In this document: positions 27,778 to 37,261 of the stretch, one piece after another
Numbering within the stretch: the stretch's first letter is position 1
Layout of the letters: each line of letters starts with the position of its first letter
DNA from: an uncultured Bacteroidota bacterium
GTDB taxonomy: Bacteria > Bacteroidota > Bacteroidia > Flavobacteriales > BACL11
Assembly: GCA_902579065.1 (NCBI GenBank)
Contig: CACHFI010000003.1
Location: 1 to 55,826 of the forward strand
Direction of reading: 5' to 3'
Length of the DNA stretch: 55,826 bases
Notes under the pieces: generated by a model
What the model was told of the DNA's origin: nothing
Database searches by the model: none
What the model saw: the letters and a program-made list of their open reading frames with translations, nothing else
Made by a program: the position numbers and the translations under genes

Positions 27778-28617
27778 ATGTCTACATTAAAAAATCTCTT
27801 TCAAGATTATGCAGAAGGTAAAAATTGCAAATATTATAATAAAGCAGATAATTTTTTCTTAGTTGCTGGTCCTTGTATAATTGATACAAAAGAAGAAACT
27901 ATAGAAATTGCCAGAAAATTAGATTATATAACAAATAGACTTGGAATACCATTTATCTTTAAAGCATCCTTCAAAAAAGCAAATAGAACCCGTTTAGACT
28001 CATTTACTGGTATTGGCGATAACAATGCCATACAAATACTTAAAAACGTAAAAGAAACGCTTAAAATTCCTATAATAACTGATGTTCATAATGAAGATGA
28101 TATTAATAAAGTTAAAGATATTGTTGACATTATTCAGATTCCTGCTTTTCTTTCAAGACAAACAGATTTATTAATATCTGCAGCCAAAACAGATAAATTT
28201 GTAAACATTAAAAAAGGTCAATTTCTCTCACCAGAAAGCATGAAGTTTGCAGTTGACAAGATTAAATTTTCAAATAATAATAAAATTTTAATAACTGAAA
28301 GAGGAAGTACTTTTGGATATAATGATTTAATAGTAGATTTTAGATCAATACCTGTTATGAAAGAATTTGGTTTTCCTGTTATTATGGATGTAACTCATTC
28401 TTTACAACAACCAAATCAATCAAATGGAATTTCTGGAGGAAAACCAATGCTTATCGAAACAATCGCAAAAGCTGGAATAGCTGTAGGTGCTGATGGAATT
28501 TTTATGGAAACTCATATTGATCCTAAAAAATCTAAATCAGATAGTGAAAACATGATTAAACTAGATGAAGTGGAAGATCTTTTAATAAAACTACAAAAAA
28601 TTAAGAATTCACTTTAA
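27778..28617 (+). CDS. kdsA: 3-deoxy-8-phosphooctulonate (KDO-8-P) synthase
   Basis: 279 aa. Motifs FIFKASFKKANRTR, QIPAFLSRQTDL, DVTHSLQ. Confidence 0.95.
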   Translation: MSTLKNLFQDYAEGKNCKYYNKADNFFLVAGPCIIDTKEETIEIARKLDYITNRLGIPFIFKASFKKANRTRLDSFTGIGDNNAIQILKNVKETLKIPIITDVHNEDDINKVKDIVDIIQIPAFLSRQTDLLISAAKTDKFVNIKKGQFLSPESMKFAVDKIKFSNNNKILITERGSTFGYNDLIVDFRSIPVMKEFGFPVIMDVTHSLQQPNQSNGISGGKPMLIETIAKAGIAVGADGIFMETHIDPKKSKSDSENMIKLDEVEDLLIKLQKIKNSL

Positions 28618-29082
28618 AAATCTTTTACACCACCCCATTTCAATTGGTATAATCCAATCTTTCATGTCTCCTTTTTTAAATATATTTAAATTGTAGAATA
28701 ATGTTTTTAAATTGATTTCAGGAAAATGATTTAATTTACTGGCGTGTATACAATTAATTTCATCTTGATTTAAAACAAATACATTCATTCTTTCATAAAA
28801 ATTAAGTTTGAACTTATTATCTAAATCAGAAATTAAATTTTGGAGAGTATCCATGGAACAACCCCCAGTAGGATTTTTAGATTCATCAAGTCCTATAATT
28901 AGAAAACGATTTTTAATAAAAGTAAATGATGAAGTTAATGGTTTACCATGATGAGACCAATTGCTTAAAAAAGCAAAAATTTTATCTGAAATCAGTTCTT
29001 GATTTTCACTTGAAATAATATCTTGAGCACCATAGACCCATATTCTTGATTCTTCAGGAAGTTTTTGAAAATTTACAAACAT
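28609..29082 (-). CDS. Conserved hypothetical protein (157 aa), last gene of the Fe-S oxidoreductase operon
   Basis: No motif recognised beyond a family I recall as conserved in Flavobacteriia (IWVYG...HHGKPL...GGCSMD). Overlaps the upstream CCG gene by 10 nt and the convergent kdsA 3' end by 9 nt. Confidence 0.7.
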   Translation of the reverse strand: MFVNFQKLPEESRIWVYGAQDIISSENQELISDKIFAFLSNWSHHGKPLTSSFTFIKNRFLIIGLDESKNPTGGCSMDTLQNLISDLDNKFKLNFYERMNVFVLNQDEINCIHASKLNHFPEINLKTLFYNLNIFKKGDMKDWIIPIEMGWCKRFLK

Positions 29083-29849
29083 TCAGCAATAAGTTCTGAT
29101 ATATCCATAACACTAGTTTTTCCTTCTTCAAGATTTTTTACTCCATCGGTCATCATAGTATTACAAAATGGACATGCTGTTGCTATTACATCGGCATTGG
29201 TTTGTAGTGCTTCTCGAGATCTAACAATATTAATTTCAAAATCACCGTTTTCAGATTCCTTAAACATTTGAGCTCCTCCAGCACCACAACAAAAAGAATT
29301 TCTTTTATTTCTAGGAATCTCAGTAAACTGTATTTGTAAGGCATCAATTAATTTTCTTGGCGCATCATAAATATCATTGCCTCTTCCTAAATAACATGGA
29401 TCATGGTAAGTTAAATGTTTGAAATTTAATTTTGAATTAAGTTTCAACTTACCCTCATCTAATAATTTTGAAATAAATTCTGTATGATGTAAAACATTAT
29501 ATATGCCTCCAAGATCGGAATATTCATTTTTCAGAGTGTTATAGGCATGAGGACAAGTAGTAACAATATCTTTAATTTCATAAGAATTTAAAATTTCAAT
29601 ATTCATCAGGGCTTGCATCTGAAAAAGAAATTCATTTCCTGCTCTTTTTGCAGCATCCCCAGAAGAACTTTCTTGCTCGCCTAAAACAGCAAAATTTACA
29701 TTAGCAAAATTTAGAATTTTAACAAAAGCTCTAGTTATTTTTTTAGCTCTATCATCAAAACTACCAGCAGAGCCAACCCAGAAAAGAATATCTGGCTTCT
29801 CCCCTTTGTTTACAAAATCTGAAATAGTTCTAACTTTTAAGCTTTCCAT
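29073..29849 (-). CDS. (Fe-S)-binding protein with two cysteine-rich CCG domains (HdrD/GlpC/LutA C-terminal type)
   Basis: 258 aa. Cys motifs TTCPHAYN...HDPCYLGR and SFCCGAGGAQ...ATACPFCNTMM. Confidence 0.85.
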   Translation of the reverse strand: MESLKVRTISDFVNKGEKPDILFWVGSAGSFDDRAKKITRAFVKILNFANVNFAVLGEQESSSGDAAKRAGNEFLFQMQALMNIEILNSYEIKDIVTTCPHAYNTLKNEYSDLGGIYNVLHHTEFISKLLDEGKLKLNSKLNFKHLTYHDPCYLGRGNDIYDAPRKLIDALQIQFTEIPRNKRNSFCCGAGGAQMFKESENGDFEINIVRSREALQTNADVIATACPFCNTMMTDGVKNLEEGKTSVMDISELIAECL

Positions 29850-29850
29850 A

Positions 29851-30267
29851 CTATTTTTGAAATACTTGAATTTTTACTTCCTCTTCAACCAAGTCTGTAA
29901 ATTTACCAGTGAATCGAGTAGCTCTTACAATATGATTATCTACCCAGTGATAATTTCCTCCTCTAGGCTTATTCATTAATAATCCATGATATTTAAAACC
30001 ATGCCTGTTAAGCCACTCTTCAGTTACTTCTCTATGTTCCTCAATTCTTGAGGTAAAAAATGTTATAATATGTCCTTGATCATACCATTTATTTAAAGTT
30101 TCCAATGCATCTTTATAAAGATTAGCAGTTGCCATTCTCTCTGGTTGTTCATTTGGAATATCATCACAAATTGTACCATCAATATCTATTAAATAATTTT
30201 TAATATCATTTGCAAGCACAGGGCTTACATCATTACCAAATTTGTCTTTGTTTACTTTTTTATACAT
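29851..30267 (-). CDS. Small HAD-superfamily phosphatase-like protein
   Basis: 138 aa. Motif I LIDIDGTICDD, motif II FFTSR, plus a distal K/D region. Confidence 0.7.
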   Translation of the reverse strand: MYKKVNKDKFGNDVSPVLANDIKNYLIDIDGTICDDIPNEQPERMATANLYKDALETLNKWYDQGHIITFFTSRIEEHREVTEEWLNRHGFKYHGLLMNKPRGGNYHWVDNHIVRATRFTGKFTDLVEEEVKIQVFQK

Positions 30268-30269
30268 TT

Positions 30270-31586
30270 TTATTTATTTTCATCTAACCATTTTAACCTA
30301 TCTGCAGCTGGAAATTGCCATGGAGCACCATTATTTTCAACATTAGAAAACATATTATTTAACTCTGTAGGGGCAGCAGATTCTTCCATTACCAAATATC
30401 TTCTTAAATCAACAATTATTGAAAGAGGGTCAAGATTAATAGGACAAGCATCTGTACAGGCATTACAAGTTGTACATGCCCATAACTCTTCCTTTGTTAT
30501 ATAATCTCCCAATAAGGATTTATTATCTTTTTCATCTTTTAATTTACCAATTTCTTCAATTCTGTCCCTAGTATCCATCATGACTTTTCTTGGAGATAAA
30601 AGCTTACCTGTTTGATTAGCTGGACATACAGAACTACAGCGGCCACATTCTGTACAGCTATATGAGTTTAACAACTGAACCCAATTTAAGTCAGTTGCAT
30701 CTTTTGCACCAAATAACCTTACATTAGATTGATCTTGATTTTGAGGTGCTGCAAAAGGATCAGCATTTGGATCTAACATTAATTTAACTTCATTTGTTAC
30801 AGAATCAAGATTGTCAAATTTTCCTAATTTATTTAGATTGGCATAATATGTACTTGGAAATGCAAAGAAAATATGTAAGTGCTTGGAAATTAAAACATAA
30901 TTTAAAAAAGCAAGTATTCCAAGTATATGAAACCACCATGTAAATCTTTCAATAAAAATTAAACTAGAAGTAGTTAAATGATCCAAAAAAGGAACAATTA
31001 ATGATGAGATAGGAAAAGCACCAGCTGTAATATAATGATCAATATTTCTTGATTGAAGTATTTGATCTGAAGTATTCATTAAAATAAATGCGAACATTAA
31101 CAAAATCTCAAAAATCAATATTAGATTGGCATCAGTTTTAGGCCATGATGTCATTTCATTACCAAAAAATCTTTTAATACGAATAATATTTCTTCTAGCT
31201 AAAAAAGCAAAACAAGAAAATAAAACTAAAAAAGCTAAAATCTCAAATGAAGCAATTAAAAAAGAATATAAATTCTCGTTAATTATATGAGCTAAAAATC
31301 TGTGAGTACCAAAGATTCCGTCAATAATTATTTCAACAACTTCAATATTGATAATAACAAAACCAACATAAATTAATAAATGTAAAAATGCAGCTATAGG
31401 TCTATTAAACATTTTTGATTGTCCAAAAGCTACTCGAATCATGTTTCTTAATCTCAATCTTTTATTATCAGATCGATCTATATCTTTTCCTAACTTTATA
31501 TTAGAAATAATCTTCCTAAGATTAATGACAAACAAAGAAACTGCAAAAACAAAGATTAAAATAAATATGATATTTTCAATTTGCAT
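30270..31586 (-). CDS. Membrane-anchored (Fe-S)-binding protein with a 2x[4Fe-4S] ferredoxin domain (HdrD/GlpC/DsrK N-terminal type)
   Basis: 438 aa. About 6 N-terminal TM helices, then CTECGRCSSVCP and CTTCNACTDACP. Confidence 0.85.
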   Translation of the reverse strand: MQIENIIFILIFVFAVSLFVINLRKIISNIKLGKDIDRSDNKRLRLRNMIRVAFGQSKMFNRPIAAFLHLLIYVGFVIINIEVVEIIIDGIFGTHRFLAHIINENLYSFLIASFEILAFLVLFSCFAFLARRNIIRIKRFFGNEMTSWPKTDANLILIFEILLMFAFILMNTSDQILQSRNIDHYITAGAFPISSLIVPFLDHLTTSSLIFIERFTWWFHILGILAFLNYVLISKHLHIFFAFPSTYYANLNKLGKFDNLDSVTNEVKLMLDPNADPFAAPQNQDQSNVRLFGAKDATDLNWVQLLNSYSCTECGRCSSVCPANQTGKLLSPRKVMMDTRDRIEEIGKLKDEKDNKSLLGDYITKEELWACTTCNACTDACPINLDPLSIIVDLRRYLVMEESAAPTELNNMFSNVENNGAPWQFPAADRLKWLDENK

Positions 31587-32546
31587 TTAATCTTTTTTCT
31601 TTTCATATGATTTATTTGTTCCGCCAAGAATTGAAAAATTCACATATCTTTTTGGATTATTTTTAATATCCTCAATAAGCTCAGCTAACTCTGATGTGGA
31701 TTTTTCAAGATTATTATAAAGCTTATCATCTTTCATAAGTTTAGTTAAGCTTCCACTACCAGAATTAATATTGTTTGAAATATTATTAATATTCTCTACA
31801 AGAGATCCTATGTTAGAATTTGACAAGGAGTCAGATATAAGAGATAAATTATATAAAATAGGTTTAATTCCTGAGTTACTATCATTGAGATTTGTTGTAA
31901 TAGATTCAAGATTTAAAATAATCTTACTAACTCTTTTATCATTATTATAAACCATACTATCAACCTTTATCATTGTTTGAGAAAGAATTGAAAAGGTTTC
32001 GTCAAGACTTTTTATACTATTCGATAAATTTTTTCGCGTATTTTTATTTAAAACTGCAGCTACTACTGTAAGTAAAGAATCTACAGATCCAATTAATTCT
32101 TCAGCTTTATTTTTTAATGGTAAAATTTGGGCATTTACTTCATCTTGTAAGCTGTTTTCTATACCACTTTGAAGAGTATCTCCTGGTTTTGCAAATAAGT
32201 CAGATTTTCCTAATACTAGAGAAACACCTTTTGTTCCCATTAAATCTTGATTTACAATTTTACAAACAGAATTTATAGGAATACTGTCTACTGAATTAAT
32301 ATTTAATGTAACTAATAACTTATTGTTGTTACTTAACACGATATTATTTACCATTCCAACATTAAAACCATTTAATCGAATTGAACTTCCTATCTGTAAA
32401 CCATCAATATAATCATAAATTGCATAATAAGGTTTATTGGATTGAAAAACATTCAATCCTTTAAGATATTTTAAACCATACACTAGAAAGACTATAGCTA
32501 AAAGAAAAATAAAACCAGATTTAAACTCTTTAGACAAATTATTCAT
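31587..32546 (-). CDS. MlaD/MCE-family protein
   Basis: 319 aa. N-terminal TM, an MCE core (...SIRLNGFNVGMVNNI...) and a coiled-coil-like C-terminal half. Confidence 0.8.
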   Translation of the reverse strand: MNNLSKEFKSGFIFLLAIVFLVYGLKYLKGLNVFQSNKPYYAIYDYIDGLQIGSSIRLNGFNVGMVNNIVLSNNNKLLVTLNINSVDSIPINSVCKIVNQDLMGTKGVSLVLGKSDLFAKPGDTLQSGIENSLQDEVNAQILPLKNKAEELIGSVDSLLTVVAAVLNKNTRKNLSNSIKSLDETFSILSQTMIKVDSMVYNNDKRVSKIILNLESITTNLNDSNSGIKPILYNLSLISDSLSNSNIGSLVENINNISNNINSGSGSLTKLMKDDKLYNNLEKSTSELAELIEDIKNNPKRYVNFSILGGTNKSYEKKKD

Positions 32547-33684
32547 ATTGACTTATTTTATTCTGCAAATTTAATGCATCTTTTGTAGATATTTGCTTTC
32601 CGTCTAGAAATGCTACTATAAATGCACCTTTAAACCCAATTTCTCTCAGATAATCTTTTAATTTATCGGCATCTTTTTTATTATTTCCAGCAAGTACATA
32701 GTATTTGTATGTACCATTAATCTTTTCTTCTTCAGCTTTTAATTCAATAAATTGATCCTGATTCGACATAGATTTCAAAAAAGTGCCAATCTGTACCTTA
32801 TACAATAAAGTTGATTCTTTTTTCTTTTCTTTAACAACTATTGTATCATTATTTGTTGAATCAGAAATTAACTGATTCTTATTTTTTAAATTATTTTCTT
32901 CAATCTCAATATTCTCTTTATAAGTTCTAAAAGCTCTAAAAATTGCTGAAGCAATATAGTCCTGACCTAAATCAGAGTGTAAAAACTCTTCCTCTTTTGG
33001 ATTTGTTAAAAATCCGCACTCTACAAGAATACTTGGCATATTTGTTCTACTAATAACATAAAAAGGTGCTTGTTTTACTCCCCTACTTTTCCTATTAGCT
33101 CTAGTAGCAAATTGATTCTCAACTTCCTCAGCGATTTTTAAACTTTGATTAAGATATGTATTTTGCATTAAACTAAAAACAATATAACTTTCAGGTGATT
33201 TTGGATCAAATCCTTCGTATTTCTGTTGGTAGTTATCTTCCAAATAAATTGCAGCATTTTCTCGCATTGCAACATCCATATTTGCTTTTAATTTACTCAT
33301 TCCCATAACAAAAACGCTAGCTCCTGAAGGTTTTGGATTTGTAAAACCATCACAATGAATAGATATGAATAAGTCAGCATTAGCATTGTTAGCAATTTCA
33401 GTTCTTTCATTTAATTCCAAAAAAACATCAGAACTTCTTGTATAAATTACATCTATTTCAGGAAATGATTCAGATATATATTTGCCTAATTTTAGAGATA
33501 CAGACAAGGCAACATGCTTTTCATATATTTTAAAACGTTTTGTTCCCATTGTTCCAGAATCTTTACCTCCATGACCTGGATCAATTACAACAGTCTTAAT
33601 TTTATTCGAATTTACTTGACTGAATAAAAAATTACTTGATAAAATAAATACAAATAAGAAAAAGATCAGTTTTACGTTATTCAC
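32539..33684 (-). CDS. N-acetylmuramoyl-L-alanine amidase (Amidase_3) with a C-terminal SPOR-like domain
   Basis: 381 aa with a GTG start. Motifs VVIDPGHGGKDSG, ISIHCDG, GFLTNPKEE. The C-terminal YKVQIGTF...GFKGAFIVAF is SPOR-like. Confidence 0.9.
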   Translation of the reverse strand: MNNVKLIFFLFVFILSSNFLFSQVNSNKIKTVVIDPGHGGKDSGTMGTKRFKIYEKHVALSVSLKLGKYISESFPEIDVIYTRSSDVFLELNERTEIANNANADLFISIHCDGFTNPKPSGASVFVMGMSKLKANMDVAMRENAAIYLEDNYQQKYEGFDPKSPESYIVFSLMQNTYLNQSLKIAEEVENQFATRANRKSRGVKQAPFYVISRTNMPSILVECGFLTNPKEEEFLHSDLGQDYIASAIFRAFRTYKENIEIEENNLKNKNQLISDSTNNDTIVVKEKKKESTLLYKVQIGTFLKSMSNQDQFIELKAEEEKINGTYKYYVLAGNNKKDADKLKDYLREIGFKGAFIVAFLDGKQISTKDALNLQNKISQYE

Positions 33685-33736
33685 TTTTAAATGGTATAAA
33701 TTAATTAGATTTAAGAATCAAATCTTACCTTTGACA

Positions 33737-33744
33737 CAAATATA
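33737..33744 (-). promoter_or_regulatory. -7 promoter box for the amidase/MlaD-like/Fe-S six-gene operon
   Basis: Minus-strand TATATTTG, 52 nt upstream of GTG 33684. It overlaps a plus-strand near-box TATATTTA (33741-33748) located 2 nt before the lptD TTG. Confidence 0.4.
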
Positions 33745-33750
33745 TTTAAC

Positions 33751-36222
33751 TTGAAAGTCAGATATTTTACCCTTATTATTTTGTTATTAACAGTAATAAT
33801 TGAAAAAAATTTTGCTTTCAATAATAGTCCAAAAGATTCCCTAATTGCTAAAAACAAAAACTCAAATTTCTCATTTGAGGATGAAATTATTAAAGATGCC
33901 AAAGATTCAATAAATATTAATTTAAAAAATAAAAAAATATTTCTTTACGGTAATGCCAAAATACTATATAAAGACATAAAAATAGAAGCTGGATTTATTG
34001 AAATAGATTGGAATACAAACGTAATTACTGCAAAACCAAAGTTAGATACATTAGGAAAAAAAATTCAAATACCATTCTTTAAAGAGGGGGAAGAATCTTT
34101 TAATGCAGAAGAGATAAAATATAATTTAAAAAGCAAAAAAGGAATAATTAAACAAATTAAAGCTAAAGAAGGAGAAGGTTTTATTTTAGGGAATAAAGTA
34201 AAGAAGACTGAAAATGACATTCTTTATCTTAAAAATGGTGATTTCACAACATGTAATCATGATAAACCACACTTTTCAATAAGATCAAACAAAATAAAAG
34301 TCATACCAGGGGAAAAAATTATAACAGGACCAGCATATCTAAGATTATTTAATTTTCCAACTCCATTAGCATTACCTTTTGGTTATTTTCCTAACAATCA
34401 AAAAAAGAGTACTGGATTAATTTTTCCATCTTATGGAGAATCAGCAAATTTGGGTTTTTTCTTAAAAGAAGGTGGATACTATTTTACATTATCTGATAAG
34501 GCAGATTTATCAATAAAAGGAGATATATATTCTAAAGGAAGTTGGGGATTAAAATCCTTATTTAGATACAAACAAAGATATAAGTATTCAGGAAATTTTG
34601 ATTTAAGTTATGGAAATATAATTAATAGTGAAAAGGGGTTTCCTGATTATAGTGTCAAAAAGGATTTTTTTATTAGATGGAACCATAAACAAGATGCAAA
34701 AGCTAATCCAACACTTCAATTTTCTGCTAATATAAATGCAGGTAGTAGTACATATCACAGAAATAATACTTTCAATTCAAATGAATATTTGAGTAACACA
34801 TTTCAATCAAGTGTTAATTTATCTAAAAGATGGGAAGGAAAACCATTTTCTTTATCAGCAAATTTAAGGCATAACCAAAATACTCAAACAAAGATTATTA
34901 ATCTTTCCCTGCCAGATATATCATTTAATATAAATAGAATCTTCCCATTCAAAAATCTTGGCAAAAAAGGAAAAGAAAGTTGGTTTCATAAAATTGGTGT
35001 TAGCTATTCAAGTAATTTAAGAAATGATGTGTCAATTGCTGATTCGCTTCTTTTTTCAAAAGAATCAATAAAATCATTTCGAAATGGAATCAGACATAGT
35101 ATTCCTATTAGCACTTCAATTAAAGTATTAAAGTACTTCACATTCAGCCCAAGAATTAATTATACTGAAAGATGGTATACTAATCAAATAAGTAAAAACT
35201 TTAATAGTCTAGATTCTACCATTATTACAGATACATTAAATAAATTCACAAGAGCAGGAGAATATAACATTACTGCAGGATTAAACACAAAAATTTATGG
35301 GCTTGTTCAATTTAAAAAAGGAAAAATTAAAGCAATTAGACATGTGATTACACCAAATCTTAGTTTTTCATACAAACCTGATTTCTCAAACAGTCAATAT
35401 GGATATTATAAGAATATTCAATCAAGTACTGGAAATACAGAAGAATATTCAATTATGCAAAATGGTATTTTTGGCTCACCATCAAAAGGAAAACAAGGAA
35501 ATATAATTTTAAATATTTCAAATATTCTTGAAGCTAAATTAAATTCAAAAAAAGACACAATTAAATCTACAAAAAAGATAAAAATATTCGAAAATCTAAA
35601 TGTTGGTTCTTCATACAATATTTTTGCTGATTCACTAAATTTGAATGATATTAATCTTAACGCAAGAACCAGATTTCTTGATGTTATTGATTTTACTTTT
35701 TCTAGCAGATACGATCCATATGTGGTTAATGAGAATTTTACAAACAATGTGAATAAATTTGAGTTATTTGAAAATGGAAGATTAGCAAGATTTACAAATG
35801 CAAATACCACTGTGGGCCTTACAATTTCCAATAATACTTTTAAAAAGAAAAAAGAAAAGGAAAAAGAAAAAAATAACAAAATAAGTTGGACTTTTAATGC
35901 TAATTATTCTTTAAATTACAACAAAGGTTATCGGTCATCAGAATTTTCAGATACAATCCAAACTCTTAACTTTTCAGGGGATTTAAAAATTTCAGATAAA
36001 TGGAAGTTAAATTTCCAATCTGGTTACGATTTTGACACAAAAGAATTAACATATAGCTCAATAAACATTTACAGAGATCTACACTGTTGGGAAATGATAT
36101 TAAATCTAATTCCTTTAGGGTATCATAGAAGTTACACATTTACAATTAGGGTAAAAGCAGCTATATTACAAGATTTAAAACTAGAGAGAAAACGAGATTG
36201 GATTAAAACAGATTTCAATTAA
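33751..36222 (+). CDS. lptD: LPS-assembly outer-membrane protein LptD-like (OstA family, Bacteroidota type)
   Basis: 823 aa with a TTG start; there is no in-frame ATG near the signal peptide. N-terminal OstA-like segment (IFLYGNAKILYKDIKIEAGFIEIDW) followed by a long beta-barrel region. Confidence 0.75.
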   Translation: MKVRYFTLIILLLTVIIEKNFAFNNSPKDSLIAKNKNSNFSFEDEIIKDAKDSININLKNKKIFLYGNAKILYKDIKIEAGFIEIDWNTNVITAKPKLDTLGKKIQIPFFKEGEESFNAEEIKYNLKSKKGIIKQIKAKEGEGFILGNKVKKTENDILYLKNGDFTTCNHDKPHFSIRSNKIKVIPGEKIITGPAYLRLFNFPTPLALPFGYFPNNQKKSTGLIFPSYGESANLGFFLKEGGYYFTLSDKADLSIKGDIYSKGSWGLKSLFRYKQRYKYSGNFDLSYGNIINSEKGFPDYSVKKDFFIRWNHKQDAKANPTLQFSANINAGSSTYHRNNTFNSNEYLSNTFQSSVNLSKRWEGKPFSLSANLRHNQNTQTKIINLSLPDISFNINRIFPFKNLGKKGKESWFHKIGVSYSSNLRNDVSIADSLLFSKESIKSFRNGIRHSIPISTSIKVLKYFTFSPRINYTERWYTNQISKNFNSLDSTIITDTLNKFTRAGEYNITAGLNTKIYGLVQFKKGKIKAIRHVITPNLSFSYKPDFSNSQYGYYKNIQSSTGNTEEYSIMQNGIFGSPSKGKQGNIILNISNILEAKLNSKKDTIKSTKKIKIFENLNVGSSYNIFADSLNLNDINLNARTRFLDVIDFTFSSRYDPYVVNENFTNNVNKFELFENGRLARFTNANTTVGLTISNNTFKKKKEKEKEKNNKISWTFNANYSLNYNKGYRSSEFSDTIQTLNFSGDLKISDKWKLNFQSGYDFDTKELTYSSINIYRDLHCWEMILNLIPLGYHRSYTFTIRVKAAILQDLKLERKRDWIKTDFN

Positions 36223-36778
36223 ATTTTATCCAATTTTCTATCATCTTTAAACCATTTTCAGTCATTATAGATTCTGGATGAAACTGAACTCCTCCTATAT
36301 CATATTTTATATGTCGGAATGAATATATATTTCCAAGTTTATTCTCTGATGTAATTATAAGTTCTTTAGGAAAACTATTTTTAGAGACAAACCAAGAATG
36401 ATAGAGACCTACATTAAATTTATTTGGCAGATTATTAAATAAATAATCAAAGTCTACAACTTCAATTTCGGTAGACACACCATGATTAACATAATCTAAG
36501 TTAGTTAAACTGCCTCCAAAATACTCAGCAATTGCTTGGTGACCCAAGCAAACTCCAAGTAAAGATTTGTTTAGAGATGCTTCAATAATTTTAAATAGAT
36601 TTTTGTGTTCATTTGGAAGGCCTGGTCCAGGTGATAAGATTATTTTATCAAAATCATTAATTTTTGAAATATCAACCTCGTCATTTTTTTTGACTTCTAT
36701 ATCTTTTATGAACTGATTTGCATAATGATACAAATTATAAGTAAATGAATCATAATTGTCAACTATAAGTAATCTCAC
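36215..36778 (-). CDS. pabA: Aminodeoxychorismate/anthranilate synthase component II (class-I glutamine amidotransferase)
   Basis: 187 aa. GVCLGHQAI (nucleophile Cys) and VQFHPES. PabA versus TrpG cannot be resolved from sequence alone. Confidence 0.85.
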   Translation of the reverse strand: MRLLIVDNYDSFTYNLYHYANQFIKDIEVKKNDEVDISKINDFDKIILSPGPGLPNEHKNLFKIIEASLNKSLLGVCLGHQAIAEYFGGSLTNLDYVNHGVSTEIEVVDFDYLFNNLPNKFNVGLYHSWFVSKNSFPKELIITSENKLGNIYSFRHIKYDIGGVQFHPESIMTENGLKMIENWIKFN

Positions 36779-36780
36779 AA

Positions 36781-37242
36781 TTACATTAAATAAAGTTCTG
36801 CAAATTCTCTGAATGCACCGTTACCTCCCTCGGAGTTAAGTTGAATTATATTAGGAATTGATTTGATTTTTTGAATTGCATTTTTTGGACATGCTGCAGT
36901 TCCAACCTTTGATAATAGATCAAAGCAATTAATATCATCACCAATGTATGCTATTTCAGAAAGATCAATATTTTCTTTATCACAAAATTCAACTATAAAA
37001 TCTAATTTGTTTTTAATTCCATGAAATTGATAATCAAGATTTAATTTATCTGCTCTGTTTCTGTTTATTTTTCTATCTTCAGAAGTTAAAATACCCACTT
37101 TATATCCCCTTTGTTGTAATAATTTCATTCCCATGCCATCATAACAATTAAACTTTTTGAATTCATCTCCGGATTCAGTATAATACATACCTCCATCAGT
37201 TAGAACCCCATCAACATCACTTAAAAAAACTTTTATAGACAT
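36781..37242 (-). CDS. kdsC: KDO-8-phosphate phosphatase (HAD-IIIA)
   Basis: 153 aa. Motifs SDVDGVLTDG, ILTSEDR, IGDDINCFDLL. Confidence 0.85.
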   Translation of the reverse strand: MSIKVFLSDVDGVLTDGGMYYTESGDEFKKFNCYDGMGMKLLQQRGYKVGILTSEDRKINRNRADKLNLDYQFHGIKNKLDFIVEFCDKENIDLSEIAYIGDDINCFDLLSKVGTAACPKNAIQKIKSIPNIIQLNSEGGNGAFREFAELYLM

Positions 37243-37261
37243 ATTGTAAAATATTATATAA

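Noticed and set aside
35821-35880. A-rich tract encoding KKKKEKEKEKNNK inside lptD, as a possible slippage or phase-variation site
   Set aside because: There is no long uninterrupted homopolymer, since the runs are broken by G every few nt. The frame is intact, so it reads as a low-complexity surface loop.
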